This document shows positions 37,986 to 46,418 of a stretch of DNA of 64,000 nt, piece by piece. The notes beneath the pieces are model-generated. The model was given only the letters and a program-made list of their open reading frames with translations, ran no database searches and was not told where the DNA came from. Where the stretch lies: NCBI GenBank assembly GCA_963826355.1, contig CAWGWX010000015.1:1400-65399 (forward strand), read 5' to 3'. How positions within the stretch are numbered: position 1 is the stretch's first letter; the number at the start of each line of letters is the position of its first letter. The position numbers and the translations under genes are program-made. The stretch is from Nitrospirota bacterium. Its GTDB lineage: Bacteria; Nitrospirota; Thermodesulfovibrionia; Thermodesulfovibrionales; SM23-35.

Positions 37986-39356
37986 ATGGGGAACCTCGTT
38001 AAAGCCACTTATCTTGTAAGCACTATATTTTTCATTCTCGGTTTGAAGATGCTCTCATCCCCGGCAACGGCCCGTCGTGGTAACCTCTTGGCCGGCCTCG
38101 GGATGATTTTGGCAATAACCGTCACATTTTTTATACCAAACATGAAACACCAATTGCTCATGATCCTGATCATCTTAGTGGGTACTGTTATTGGGTGGGT
38201 TTCAGCCAAAAAAGTTCCCCTTACAGATATGCCTCAAATGGTAGCTCTCTTCAACGGTATGGGAGGGGGTGCTGCTGCTGTCATTTCCTATCTCGAGCTT
38301 TCCAGAGGCGAAGTCACTTCCGGGCTAAAACTTTTGGCTATCAGCGGAGGTTTGATAGGGAGTTTCTCCTTTAGCGGGAGTATCGGAGCCTTTATGAAAC
38401 TTCAGGGTCTTATGAAAGACAGACCCGTGACGTATCCATTACAAAAGCCCTTTCATGCTGTCTTATTTTTGCTATCCCTTGTCCTGGGTTATTTTGTTCT
38501 CATACAATCAACATCATCTCTCCAAGGCATACTAAACGTCTTAAATCTCTTCTTTGTATTGCCTCTTTCACTGGGTCTCCTTTTGACTCTCCCTATTGGC
38601 GGCGCTGATATGCCTGTTATCATAGCGCTTTTTAACGCATTAACCGGTCTTGCTGTAGGGTTTGACGGTTTCGCCATCGGTAATCAAGCTATGATGGTGA
38701 GCGGAACCATCGTGGGTGCCTCAGGTAGCCTCCTTACTTACCTCATGGCAAAGGCGATGAATAGGTCTATTCGCAATGTACTTTTCGGGGCCTTTGGGAA
38801 AGTCCGTGAGCACGGAGTCGCGAAGGAAATGAAGCCAAGGGAAATTGAAGATGCAGCGATAATGATTGGATTTGCAAGGAAGGTTATTGTGGTTCCAGGG
38901 TATGGATTGGCTGTGGCACAGGCACAGCACAAATTAAGGGAGTTTATGGGTATATTGGAAGATAAAGGTGTGGAGATAAAGTTTGCTATACATCCGGTAG
39001 CTGGAAGGATGCCTGGCCATATGAATGTCCTCCTTGCAGAAGCCAATATTCCCTATGATAAACTCCATGACCTTGAAGAAATCAACTCTGAATTCCCAAC
39101 AGCGGACGTTGCTTTAATTGTTGGTGCAAATGATGTAGTGAACCCATCTGCTGAAACGGATTCCTCGAGCCCCATATACGGGATGCCTATCCTGAAGGCG
39201 TACCAGTCAAAAAATGTTCTGGTAATAAAGAGGGGGAAGGGTAAAGGTTTTGCCGGAATTGAAAACGACCTCTTTTTTATGGATCAGACCTATATGCTTT
39301 TTGGAGATGCCCAGGATGTGCTTGGCAAATTGGTCCAAGCGTTAAAGAAGATTTAA
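37986..39356 (+). CDS. pntB: NAD(P) transhydrogenase subunit beta
   Basis: 456 aa. N-terminal TM domain plus NADP(H) domain (VPGYGLAVAQAQH, HPVAGRMPGHMNVLLAEA). Confidence 0.93.
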   Translation: MGNLVKATYLVSTIFFILGLKMLSSPATARRGNLLAGLGMILAITVTFFIPNMKHQLLMILIILVGTVIGWVSAKKVPLTDMPQMVALFNGMGGGAAAVISYLELSRGEVTSGLKLLAISGGLIGSFSFSGSIGAFMKLQGLMKDRPVTYPLQKPFHAVLFLLSLVLGYFVLIQSTSSLQGILNVLNLFFVLPLSLGLLLTLPIGGADMPVIIALFNALTGLAVGFDGFAIGNQAMMVSGTIVGASGSLLTYLMAKAMNRSIRNVLFGAFGKVREHGVAKEMKPREIEDAAIMIGFARKVIVVPGYGLAVAQAQHKLREFMGILEDKGVEIKFAIHPVAGRMPGHMNVLLAEANIPYDKLHDLEEINSEFPTADVALIVGANDVVNPSAETDSSSPIYGMPILKAYQSKNVLVIKRGKGKGFAGIENDLFFMDQTYMLFGDAQDVLGKLVQALKKI

Positions 39357-39369
39357 CTTTTTTCCGTCC

Positions 39370-40017
39370 TTAGTGGCCGTGCTCGCCTTGTGCTTCTTCT
39401 TCCTCTTCTTCATAACCACTGAACATTGCTATTATGTGGGCAAAGGTCGTATGTCCAAGTGTCGCAAGATAAAAATGGACAATGATAAAGGCGCTGAAGA
39501 AAATCCAGAGAAGTACGTGTACGATGTCTACTATTTGTATTCCGCCTACGAGATTAACGAACGGTGAAAAGAGCTTGGGATCCCAGAGGAGAAGCCCGGT
39601 GATAAGCTGTAAGGGGATAAGAAGTGCCATGATCATGAGGTAGGATACCTGTTGCATGGGGTTGAACTTGTGGTCTGGTGTAGAATGATGGGGATTATGG
39701 TCTCCGACCATGATCCCAAAACCGTAAAATTTGGCCTGCTGTATGCTCTTCTTTAAAAACTCTATCGGGTGATTGAGAGGTGGAATATATATCTTTATCT
39801 TTAAAGTGAGGAGGTAGTAAAGAAACCATATGAAATAATTTGCTATGAGAATAAACCCTGTCCAACTGTGGATTTTAACAGCCGTTTCAAAGGAGAAAAG
39901 ATGAAGGACATTGCCGAATCTGACCTGAGCTCCTGTAACAATAAGGACGATGAATGCAAGTGCATTAATCCAGTGCCAGATCCGTATAGGTAGCGGATGA
40001 AGGTATATCTTTTTCAT
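39370..40017 (-). CDS. membrane di-haem cytochrome b (PhsC / Ni-Fe-hydrogenase b-type cytochrome family), acidic/His-rich C-terminal tail
   Basis: 215 aa. HPLPIRIWHWINALAFIVLIVTG, 4 TM with conserved His. Overlaps the upstream multihaem gene by 4 nt. Confidence 0.75.
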   Translation of the reverse strand: MKKIYLHPLPIRIWHWINALAFIVLIVTGAQVRFGNVLHLFSFETAVKIHSWTGFILIANYFIWFLYYLLTLKIKIYIPPLNHPIEFLKKSIQQAKFYGFGIMVGDHNPHHSTPDHKFNPMQQVSYLMIMALLIPLQLITGLLLWDPKLFSPFVNLVGGIQIVDIVHVLLWIFFSAFIIVHFYLATLGHTTFAHIIAMFSGYEEEEEEAQGEHGH

Positions 40018-42068
40018 TTCTTCTTACCTCCCTTTCCCATTCTTCGTAGTGACCTAAGGGGTGAAGTTATTATTCTTAAACTGATATGGCCTATGGGAAC
40101 TGCTATCCCGCCAATTAATGCAATGATAAAGAGAATATCAAAAAGCTTTTGGTTTGTGCTACCGAGAACATAGAATTTACGTAATGGCAGGATTGTATAA
40201 ACAGATTTTAATGTTTTCCCGAGCACTTCTTGTTTTGCATTGAGAACTATTGGCCTTCCATCAGCCTTCCGAATGACAATGAAGACATTTTTAAAGAATG
40301 GAGAATCTGGGTTATGACAGACTCCACAGTCTTTCACAGCCTTTGTTTTATCAGCAATTTGATGTGCTTCCGTTGCGTTGCTGACGTCCATCTTTCCTAT
40401 AAAGTATGTTATTACACCTTTTGTGAATAAGTATTGGAAAAGGTTCCATGCCTCAGCGGAGTCTATGCTGCCATCATTGTTGATATCTATCTTTGATTTT
40501 AATCCCGTGGTGTCTGTCTCAAGGAGTTTCAGTAACTCTTCCTCTGGGTAAGGCTTGCCTGTTTTTCTGTCGTAAAGATTGAGATAAATTCCGCGTCCAG
40601 CATCTGGAGCGTGGCAGGCAGCACATGCAACAGTATTAAAATGGAGTTCTGAAAAAGATTGTAGTGTTATCGGAGGATTATAGAGCCACTTTTTATGGGT
40701 ATCCAGGGCATTCTTGTGGCATGCAAGACATGCATCTTTTATTCCTGCTGTCATTTTAGTACTCTGAACATCGTGCGCATGGTGACATGATGAGCAAACA
40801 GGGGCATCTTTTTTCCCTTGCATCCTTGCCCTGTTATGGACGCTCGCTTCATATGAGTTCTTCATATCCGAGTGGCATTTATTGCAAGATGCTAACCCTA
40901 GGTCCTTTCCTGCTTTTGTCACCGAATGGAAGCCATGACAGTCTGTACACGCAGGTGCTGTTAGGTTACCACTCTTGAGCAAAGAGAGATGGATGCTACC
41001 TCCATACTTGGTATTTGCATCAGAGTGACACCTCCCGCACATATCTGAAGTAGTGATGGAATAATCGCGCCTGCCCTTAAAAACCCTTACCGGATGTTTA
41101 CTTTTTGAAAATTCCGCATGGCACTCAGTGCACCGGAGTTTTCCGTGTACAGAGCTTCTCAGAGATAGGTCGTCTACAAAAACAGAAACAGACTCGCCAC
41201 TCTTAAAGGACATGCTCAGTTTACCCTTATGACAAGAAAGACAGTATTGGGTTTCTGGTGCAGCGGCTTTTTGGGCTACTATCCCTTTTATAGAATGGGA
41301 ACCATGACATTCAACACATGCAGCTTTTGCCAACAGAGAACTATGCACAGGACTTTTTCTTAGTTGTTCATCTGAGTGGCACATTGAACATGACTTTGTT
41401 GCAAGAGCAGAATATTCCTTTTTGTTCTTGAAAGTTCTTACCGGATGTTTCGTCGTCGAAAAAACTGTATGACAGGAACTGCATAAAAGACTCCCATGTA
41501 CAGAGCTTTTATAAGCCGATTCATTTATAGAAAGGGATAAGGCCTCACCACTACTCAAGGCCATGCTAAGGGCATGTCTATGACATGTGAGACAGTATTG
41601 GATTTCAGTGATGCCCTTTTTCCACTCTGCCATCTTTTTTATATTATGCGAACCATGACACTCGACACATACGGCCTTTGTAATTACAGAACTATGTATG
41701 GGGATTTTTTTTAGCTGGTCATCAGGATGGCACATTGAGCATACCTGGGAGGCATTTACAGAGTATTCTTTTTTGCTTTTAATCTGCTTTTTTTTCTGTA
41801 CATGGGCTGCCAAATAACCTGTATGGCAGCCGTTACAGCCAATGCTGCTATGGACAGAGTTAGCGAATTCATCTTTATCTATGTAGAGAGGCAAAACCTC
41901 TTTATTCTCCAAAATCTTGTACATTTCTCTATGTGAGTGGCAGGTTAGGCACACCTTTGCTTCATCCGAAAGAACATCTTTTGCAGTACTGGCATATAAA
42001 GGGAAGATCATGAAGACAAAAAACAGAACTATTGCTATATTTTTTCTGTCACCCATTATAACCCCCAT
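40014..42068 (-). CDS. multihaem c-type cytochrome (17 CxxCH motifs), signal peptide, C-terminal TM anchor
   Basis: 684 aa. I count 17 CxxCH motifs. Three tandem ~95-aa four-haem modules. EF-hand loop DINNDGSIDSAE at nt 40452-40487. C-terminal helix LFDILFIIALIGGIAVPIGHISL. Confidence 0.9.
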   Translation of the reverse strand: MGVIMGDRKNIAIVLFFVFMIFPLYASTAKDVLSDEAKVCLTCHSHREMYKILENKEVLPLYIDKDEFANSVHSSIGCNGCHTGYLAAHVQKKKQIKSKKEYSVNASQVCSMCHPDDQLKKIPIHSSVITKAVCVECHGSHNIKKMAEWKKGITEIQYCLTCHRHALSMALSSGEALSLSINESAYKSSVHGSLLCSSCHTVFSTTKHPVRTFKNKKEYSALATKSCSMCHSDEQLRKSPVHSSLLAKAACVECHGSHSIKGIVAQKAAAPETQYCLSCHKGKLSMSFKSGESVSVFVDDLSLRSSVHGKLRCTECHAEFSKSKHPVRVFKGRRDYSITTSDMCGRCHSDANTKYGGSIHLSLLKSGNLTAPACTDCHGFHSVTKAGKDLGLASCNKCHSDMKNSYEASVHNRARMQGKKDAPVCSSCHHAHDVQSTKMTAGIKDACLACHKNALDTHKKWLYNPPITLQSFSELHFNTVACAACHAPDAGRGIYLNLYDRKTGKPYPEEELLKLLETDTTGLKSKIDINNDGSIDSAEAWNLFQYLFTKGVITYFIGKMDVSNATEAHQIADKTKAVKDCGVCHNPDSPFFKNVFIVIRKADGRPIVLNAKQEVLGKTLKSVYTILPLRKFYVLGSTNQKLFDILFIIALIGGIAVPIGHISLRIITSPLRSLRRMGKGGKKK

Positions 42069-42161
42069 AAAGTTTTATGGATTTATAGATCTCGGAGTCT
42101 AAATAATCGGGATGACTTTAGCATATCTAAGGGCAAAATGCAAGTATGAAGTTTGCCATTT

Positions 42162-42190
42162 TTGACACTGATATTCCCCTTACGTATAAT
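42162..42190 (+). promoter_or_regulatory. consensus sigma70 promoter (TTGACA-17-TATAAT) upstream of the rhomboid gene
   Basis: TTGACA at 42162-42167, exact 17-nt spacer, TATAAT at 42185-42190. About 100-nt leader, then GGGAGG SD. Confidence 0.6.
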
Positions 42191-42294
42191 CTGGTATGGT
42201 CCTCATGAGCCTGTGTTCGCATGCTTTAACAGCAGCTATGATGGAAAGATAGGGAGAGCAGAAATCCACTTAGAAAAACGGGAGGTAGTGACAA

Positions 42295-42966
42295 TTGATT
42301 CCCTATAAAGACGATAATCCCACGAGCACAACACCCTTTGTTACGGTGGGTATTATCGCACTCAACATACTCGTATTTTTATATGAGATCGTGTCTCCAT
42401 CAGGCATGGAAAAGTTTGTCTATACTTATGGTGCAATCCCCAATTATATCCTGACCTTTGAGAAGGTCCAACCGATCCATCCAGCGCTGACAATCTTTTC
42501 TGCCATGTTCATGCACGGAGGAGTTTTTCATATTGCAGGTAACATGCTTTATCTATGGATATTCGGTAACAACATAGAAGATAAAGTGGGTCATATACGG
42601 TTTATTTTCTTTTATATTTTCTGTGGAATTATTTCTGCCTATGCAAACGCACTAACAGATCCTCAATCCCATATCCCCATGATTGGAGCAAGCGGTGCAA
42701 TATCAGGTGTGCTTGGGGCCTATCTGCTTCTTTTCCCCAGAGCAATGGTGCATACCCTCGTATTTTTAGGTTTCTTTGTAACCGTTATTAAAATTCCTGC
42801 CCTGGTAGTTATAGGATTCTGGGCCATCATACAGCTTATCAATGGCTTAATAAGTACAGGGCTTGCCAGAGAAGGTGGAATCGCATGGTTTGCCCATATA
42901 GGAGGATTTCTTACTGGTCTCCTTACAATAAAACTCTGGCAACCAAAGAGGACCAAGAGATGGTAG
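42295..42966 (+). CDS. rhomboid family intramembrane serine protease
   Basis: 223 aa. HGGVFHIAGNM, catalytic GASGAISGVLGAY, HIGGFLTG. Confidence 0.9.
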   Translation: MIPYKDDNPTSTTPFVTVGIIALNILVFLYEIVSPSGMEKFVYTYGAIPNYILTFEKVQPIHPALTIFSAMFMHGGVFHIAGNMLYLWIFGNNIEDKVGHIRFIFFYIFCGIISAYANALTDPQSHIPMIGASGAISGVLGAYLLLFPRAMVHTLVFLGFFVTVIKIPALVVIGFWAIIQLINGLISTGLAREGGIAWFAHIGGFLTGLLTIKLWQPKRTKRW

Positions 42967-43475
42967 TGATATGCCCGAGCTGCAAGATAAGACTCAAGAT
43001 TGATAAAGAAAAACATGTGGCTAAAGGTTCGGTGTTTAAATGCCCTCAGTGTTATAAAATCCTTGTTTTTAAAAAACCCGTAGCCATACCAGAGGAGGAA
43101 ATCAATCAGGGGAAGATTCTCGTTGCACACTCAGATCCTGCTGTCATGCATGAAATAACATCTCTTTTAGCTCAAAACGGTTATCAGACAGTAACGTCCT
43201 CTGATGGAATAGCTGCAATAGTAAGGATAATCAAAGAGTTCCCTTTCCTTACCATTATTGAAGAAGACCTTCCAAAGATCAACGGCTTTGAGGTATGCAG
43301 GAGGGTGAAGTCAAAGACAAAGATGAAAGAGGTGGAGTTTTTATTTGTTGTTTCCAATGGTGAGAGATATAGAGAATTCCTACCTTTATCTTGTAATAAC
43401 CAATACGTCGAAAACAACCGCATATCAGAACTCCTCATAGAGAAAATTAACGAAATAAAAGACACACGGAACTAA
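42960..43475 (+). CDS. MJ0042-type zinc-ribbon domain fused to a CheY-like receiver-like domain
   Basis: ATG at 42960 overlaps the rhomboid stop (ATGGTAG). CPSCKIRLKID...FKCPQCYKIL, then KILVAHSD...IIEEDLPKINGFE. The track ORF starts earlier at an alternative codon. Confidence 0.55.
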   Translation: MVVICPSCKIRLKIDKEKHVAKGSVFKCPQCYKILVFKKPVAIPEEEINQGKILVAHSDPAVMHEITSLLAQNGYQTVTSSDGIAAIVRIIKEFPFLTIIEEDLPKINGFEVCRRVKSKTKMKEVEFLFVVSNGERYREFLPLSCNNQYVENNRISELLIEKINEIKDTRN

Positions 43476-43517
43476 GAATAAGGAATAAAAATCTTCATTA
43501 CTTTTAATGAATTGTAA

Positions 43518-43910
43518 CTCCCTGTGCTCTTGCCACAGGGTTACCTTATAGTTCCCTCCCCCTTGATGGGGGAGGGGTAGGGAGAGGGTGCTGGTAAATT
43601 CTTTCTTCCACCCTCCCCTTAATCCCTGCCCGACGGATGGCAGGCGGGCCCTCCCATCCCGGAGCGGGTCTCCGCGAAGGGTCGCTCCGACAAGGGAGGG
43701 GATGGTCTTTTTTTTAACTTTTACACTCTGCGGTCTCTGCCGCAGGGTTCTTCACTCAATATTTATTCATAAATTTTTTTTGCACATGAAAATGAGTAAT
43801 CCCCCCACTCCCCCCTTTTCCGCACTCAGGCGGATTCGCCGAGGCGAAAGAAAAGGGGGGTAAAGGGGGATTTGAAAAGGTATTTTCGGAGCAAATACTA
43901 TATCCTCCGT
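43518..43910. repeat. ~390-bp intergenic block of nested GC-run hairpin / MITE-like repeats
   Basis: ctgtgctcttgccacagggtt; ccctccccc-ttgat-gggggaggg; ctgcggtctctgccgcagggttcttcac...aatcccccc..gggggatttga. The last element recurs at 50517-50632. Confidence 0.8.
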
Positions 43911-44031
43911 TATCGATAATCAGTTTATGAATAAAGTAGACTAAATATGAAAAATAATTTAAAAATAGAAGATATTTGCAGAAAAAAGCAATTATCAAGT
44001 TTTTTTGGGGGATATTAATCTTTTAAAATCC

Positions 44032-44061
44032 TTGCCTTCTCTCTGCCTTGGCAAGTATAGT
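44032..44061 (+). promoter_or_regulatory. sigma70-type promoter of groESL (TTGCCT-18-TATAGT)
   Basis: -35 at 44032-44037 and -10 at 44056-44061, immediately followed by CIRCE. Confidence 0.55.
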
Positions 44062-44062
44062 A

Positions 44063-44089
44063 TTAGCACTCTCTCGTATTGAGTGCTAA
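44063..44089 (+). promoter_or_regulatory. CIRCE operator (HrcA binding site)
   Basis: Perfect TTAGCACTC-N9-GAGTGCTAA. Confidence 0.95.
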
Positions 44090-44134
44090 TAAAACGCACA
44101 ATCTTAAAAAATACTAAAGAAAGGAGCGATGGGT

Positions 44135-44425
44135 ATGAAATTTAAACCGCTTAGAGACAGAGTATTTGTTCAGTATTCCTCAGAAGAGGAAAAGACAGTA
44201 GGAGGGCTCTTTATTCCTGATACGGCGAAGGAGAAACCTCAGAAAGGCACGATAGTAGCAGTTGGTCCTGGCAAGGTAACGGATGATGGTAAACGCCAGC
44301 CTATGGAAGTTAAGGTTGGAGATACCATACTTTTTGAAAAGTATTCAGGCTCGAAGATCAGTATTGACGAAGAGGAATACCTCATTATCAGAGAAGAAGA
44401 TATCTTAGGAATCATTGAAGGCTAA
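44135..44425 (+). CDS. groES: co-chaperonin GroES
   Basis: [12 protein letters not shown]... The ATG at 44135 lies 8 nt after AGGAG. The track ORF starts 6 nt earlier. Confidence 0.96.
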   Translation: MKFKPLRDRVFVQYSSEEEKTVGGLFIPDTAKEKPQKGTIVAVGPGKVTDDGKRQPMEVKVGDTILFEKYSGSKISIDEEEYLIIREEDILGIIEG

Positions 44426-44454
44426 CAATCTTATGTACACAAGGAGGATTACAA

Positions 44455-46092
44455 ATGGCGTCTAAACAGCTTATTTTTGATGAAGCAGCAAGAAACTCGA
44501 TACTCAGAGGGGTGGCTTTACTGACAGAAGCAGTAAAGGCTACACTTGGCCCGAAAGGAAGGAATGTCATACTCGACAAGAAATTCGGTGCGCCTACAAT
44601 AACAAAAGACGGGGTTACGGTTGCAAAAGAGATAGAGCTCAAAGATCCGTTTGAAAATATGGGAGCCCAGCTCGTGAGAGAGGTTGCATCAAAGACATCT
44701 GATGTAGCCGGGGATGGGACCACAACAGCTACTGTCCTTGCGCATGCTATCTACCGGGAAGGAATTAAAAATGTTGCTGCAGGCGCAAACCCGATGGACC
44801 TTAAGCGGGGTATCGAGAAGACTGTAGAAGTAGTTATCGAAGAGCTTAAAAAAATGAGCAAACCTGTTCAGGAAAAGAAGGAGATTGCTCAGGTAGGTAC
44901 AATCTCAGCAAACAACGACCCATCCATTGGGGAGCTCATAGCAGAGGCGATGGACAAAGTGGGCAAAGACGGAGTTATCACCGTTGAAGAAGCAAAGAGT
45001 ATGGCAACGACTCTCGATGTTGTTGAGGGTATGCAGTTTGACAGGGGCTATATATCTCCGTATTTCGTAACTGACCCTGAGAGGATGGAATGTACCCTTG
45101 ATGATGTGTATATTCTGATCAATGAGAAGAAGATCTCGAGTATGAAAGATCTTCTCCCGATTCTCGAGCAGATTGCGAAGATGGGAAGACCCCTCTTGAT
45201 CATTGCAGAAGAAGTCGAGGGTGAAGCCCTCGCTACTCTTGTGGTGAATAAACTCCGTGGAACACTTCAGGTAAGTGCAGTAAAGGCACCGGGTTTTGGT
45301 GAAAGACGCAAGGCGATGCTCGAGGACATTGCAGTCCTCACAGGCGGCACAATGATATCAGAAGACCTCGGCATAAAGCTTGAGAATGTAAAGATTTCTG
45401 ACCTCGGAAGGGCGAAGAAAATTAATGTAGATAAAGAAAATACAACTATTGTTGAAGGTGCCGGAGAGCCGTCGAAGATTCAGGGAAGGGTTAAACAGCT
45501 AAAGACACAGATAGAAGAGACAACCTCAGATTATGACAGGGAAAAGCTTCAGGAAAGGCTTGCAAAACTTGTTGGTGGTGTTGCCGTCATCAATGTTGGT
45601 GCCGCCACAGAAACAGAGATGAAAGAAAAGAAGGCACGCGTTGAAGATGCGCTGAATGCAACAAGAGCGGCAGTTGAAGAAGGTATCGTACCCGGGGGAG
45701 GTGTTGCATTTATGAGATGTCTTCCTGCGCTCAAGGGGCTAAAACTCGAAGGAGACCAGCAGGTTGGTGTTGAAATTATAAGAAAAGCACTTGAAGAACC
45801 GATCAAACAGATAGTCAATAATACAGGTCTTGAAGGTTCTGTGGTAGTTGAAAAGGTAAAGCACTCCAAGGAGATCAATTATGGCTTTGATGCTGATAAA
45901 GAGGAATACGTGGACATGATGAAGGCAGGCATTATTGATCCCACAAAGGTCACGAGATATGCCCTCCAGAATGCTGCTTCTGTTGCGGCCTTGATGCTGA
46001 CGACCTCTGTTATGATCACTGATATTCCAGAAGACGAAAAGGCTCCGAAGATGCCCGGCGGTATGGGCGGTATGGGTGGAGAGATGTATTAA
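44455..46092 (+). CDS. groEL: chaperonin GroEL
   Basis: 545 aa. [12 protein letters not shown] and a C-terminal [11 protein letters not shown] tail. Confidence 0.99.
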   Translation: MASKQLIFDEAARNSILRGVALLTEAVKATLGPKGRNVILDKKFGAPTITKDGVTVAKEIELKDPFENMGAQLVREVASKTSDVAGDGTTTATVLAHAIYREGIKNVAAGANPMDLKRGIEKTVEVVIEELKKMSKPVQEKKEIAQVGTISANNDPSIGELIAEAMDKVGKDGVITVEEAKSMATTLDVVEGMQFDRGYISPYFVTDPERMECTLDDVYILINEKKISSMKDLLPILEQIAKMGRPLLIIAEEVEGEALATLVVNKLRGTLQVSAVKAPGFGERRKAMLEDIAVLTGGTMISEDLGIKLENVKISDLGRAKKINVDKENTTIVEGAGEPSKIQGRVKQLKTQIEETTSDYDREKLQERLAKLVGGVAVINVGAATETEMKEKKARVEDALNATRAAVEEGIVPGGGVAFMRCLPALKGLKLEGDQQVGVEIIRKALEEPIKQIVNNTGLEGSVVVEKVKHSKEINYGFDADKEEYVDMMKAGIIDPTKVTRYALQNAASVAALMLTTSVMITDIPEDEKAPKMPGGMGGMGGEMY

Positions 46093-46115
46093 AAGATTAG
46101 GATATAAAAGAAATG

Positions 46116-46142
46116 AAGGGCGTACTTAGTACGCCCTTTTTA
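46116..46142 (+). terminator. rho-independent terminator after groEL
   Basis: gggcgtac / gtacgccc stem, loop tta, then a T-tract. Confidence 0.85.
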
Positions 46143-46383
46143 TTGCAGGATGGAAGCATCTCCTTTTGCGTGATAAATTGACCATTGATTTCTAAAAGGT
46201 AAATAATAAAAAGGCACCGTAAGGATACAGTATTTTCGCTCATTCTCGGTCGATTATCGACCTCCGAGGATTTTGCCTCTTTATATTTAAATATTCTCAT
46301 TGGACTATCAGCAAAATAAGCCGCTCAAATACTATATCCTTACCATCACAGAAACGGAGATGCTTATTTGCAGGATATCGCTT

Positions 46384-46412
46384 TTGACAGATCTTATCCA
46401 TGAAGTTATAAT
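46384..46412 (+). promoter_or_regulatory. consensus sigma70 promoter (TTGACA-17-TATAAT) ending 6 nt before the PBP1A ATG (leaderless configuration)
   Basis: TTGACA at 46384-46389, TATAAT at 46407-46412, ATG at 46419. No SD in between. Confidence 0.55.
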
Positions 46413-46418
46413 GCAAAA

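Noticed and set aside
43588-43998. ORFs 43588-43863 (+) and 43756-43998 (-) in the gap between the Zn-ribbon gene and groES. The same applies to 50541-50726 (-).
   Set aside because: They are translations of the GC-run hairpin repeats (poly-Pro/Gly/Arg strings). The same DNA recurs non-codingly at another locus.
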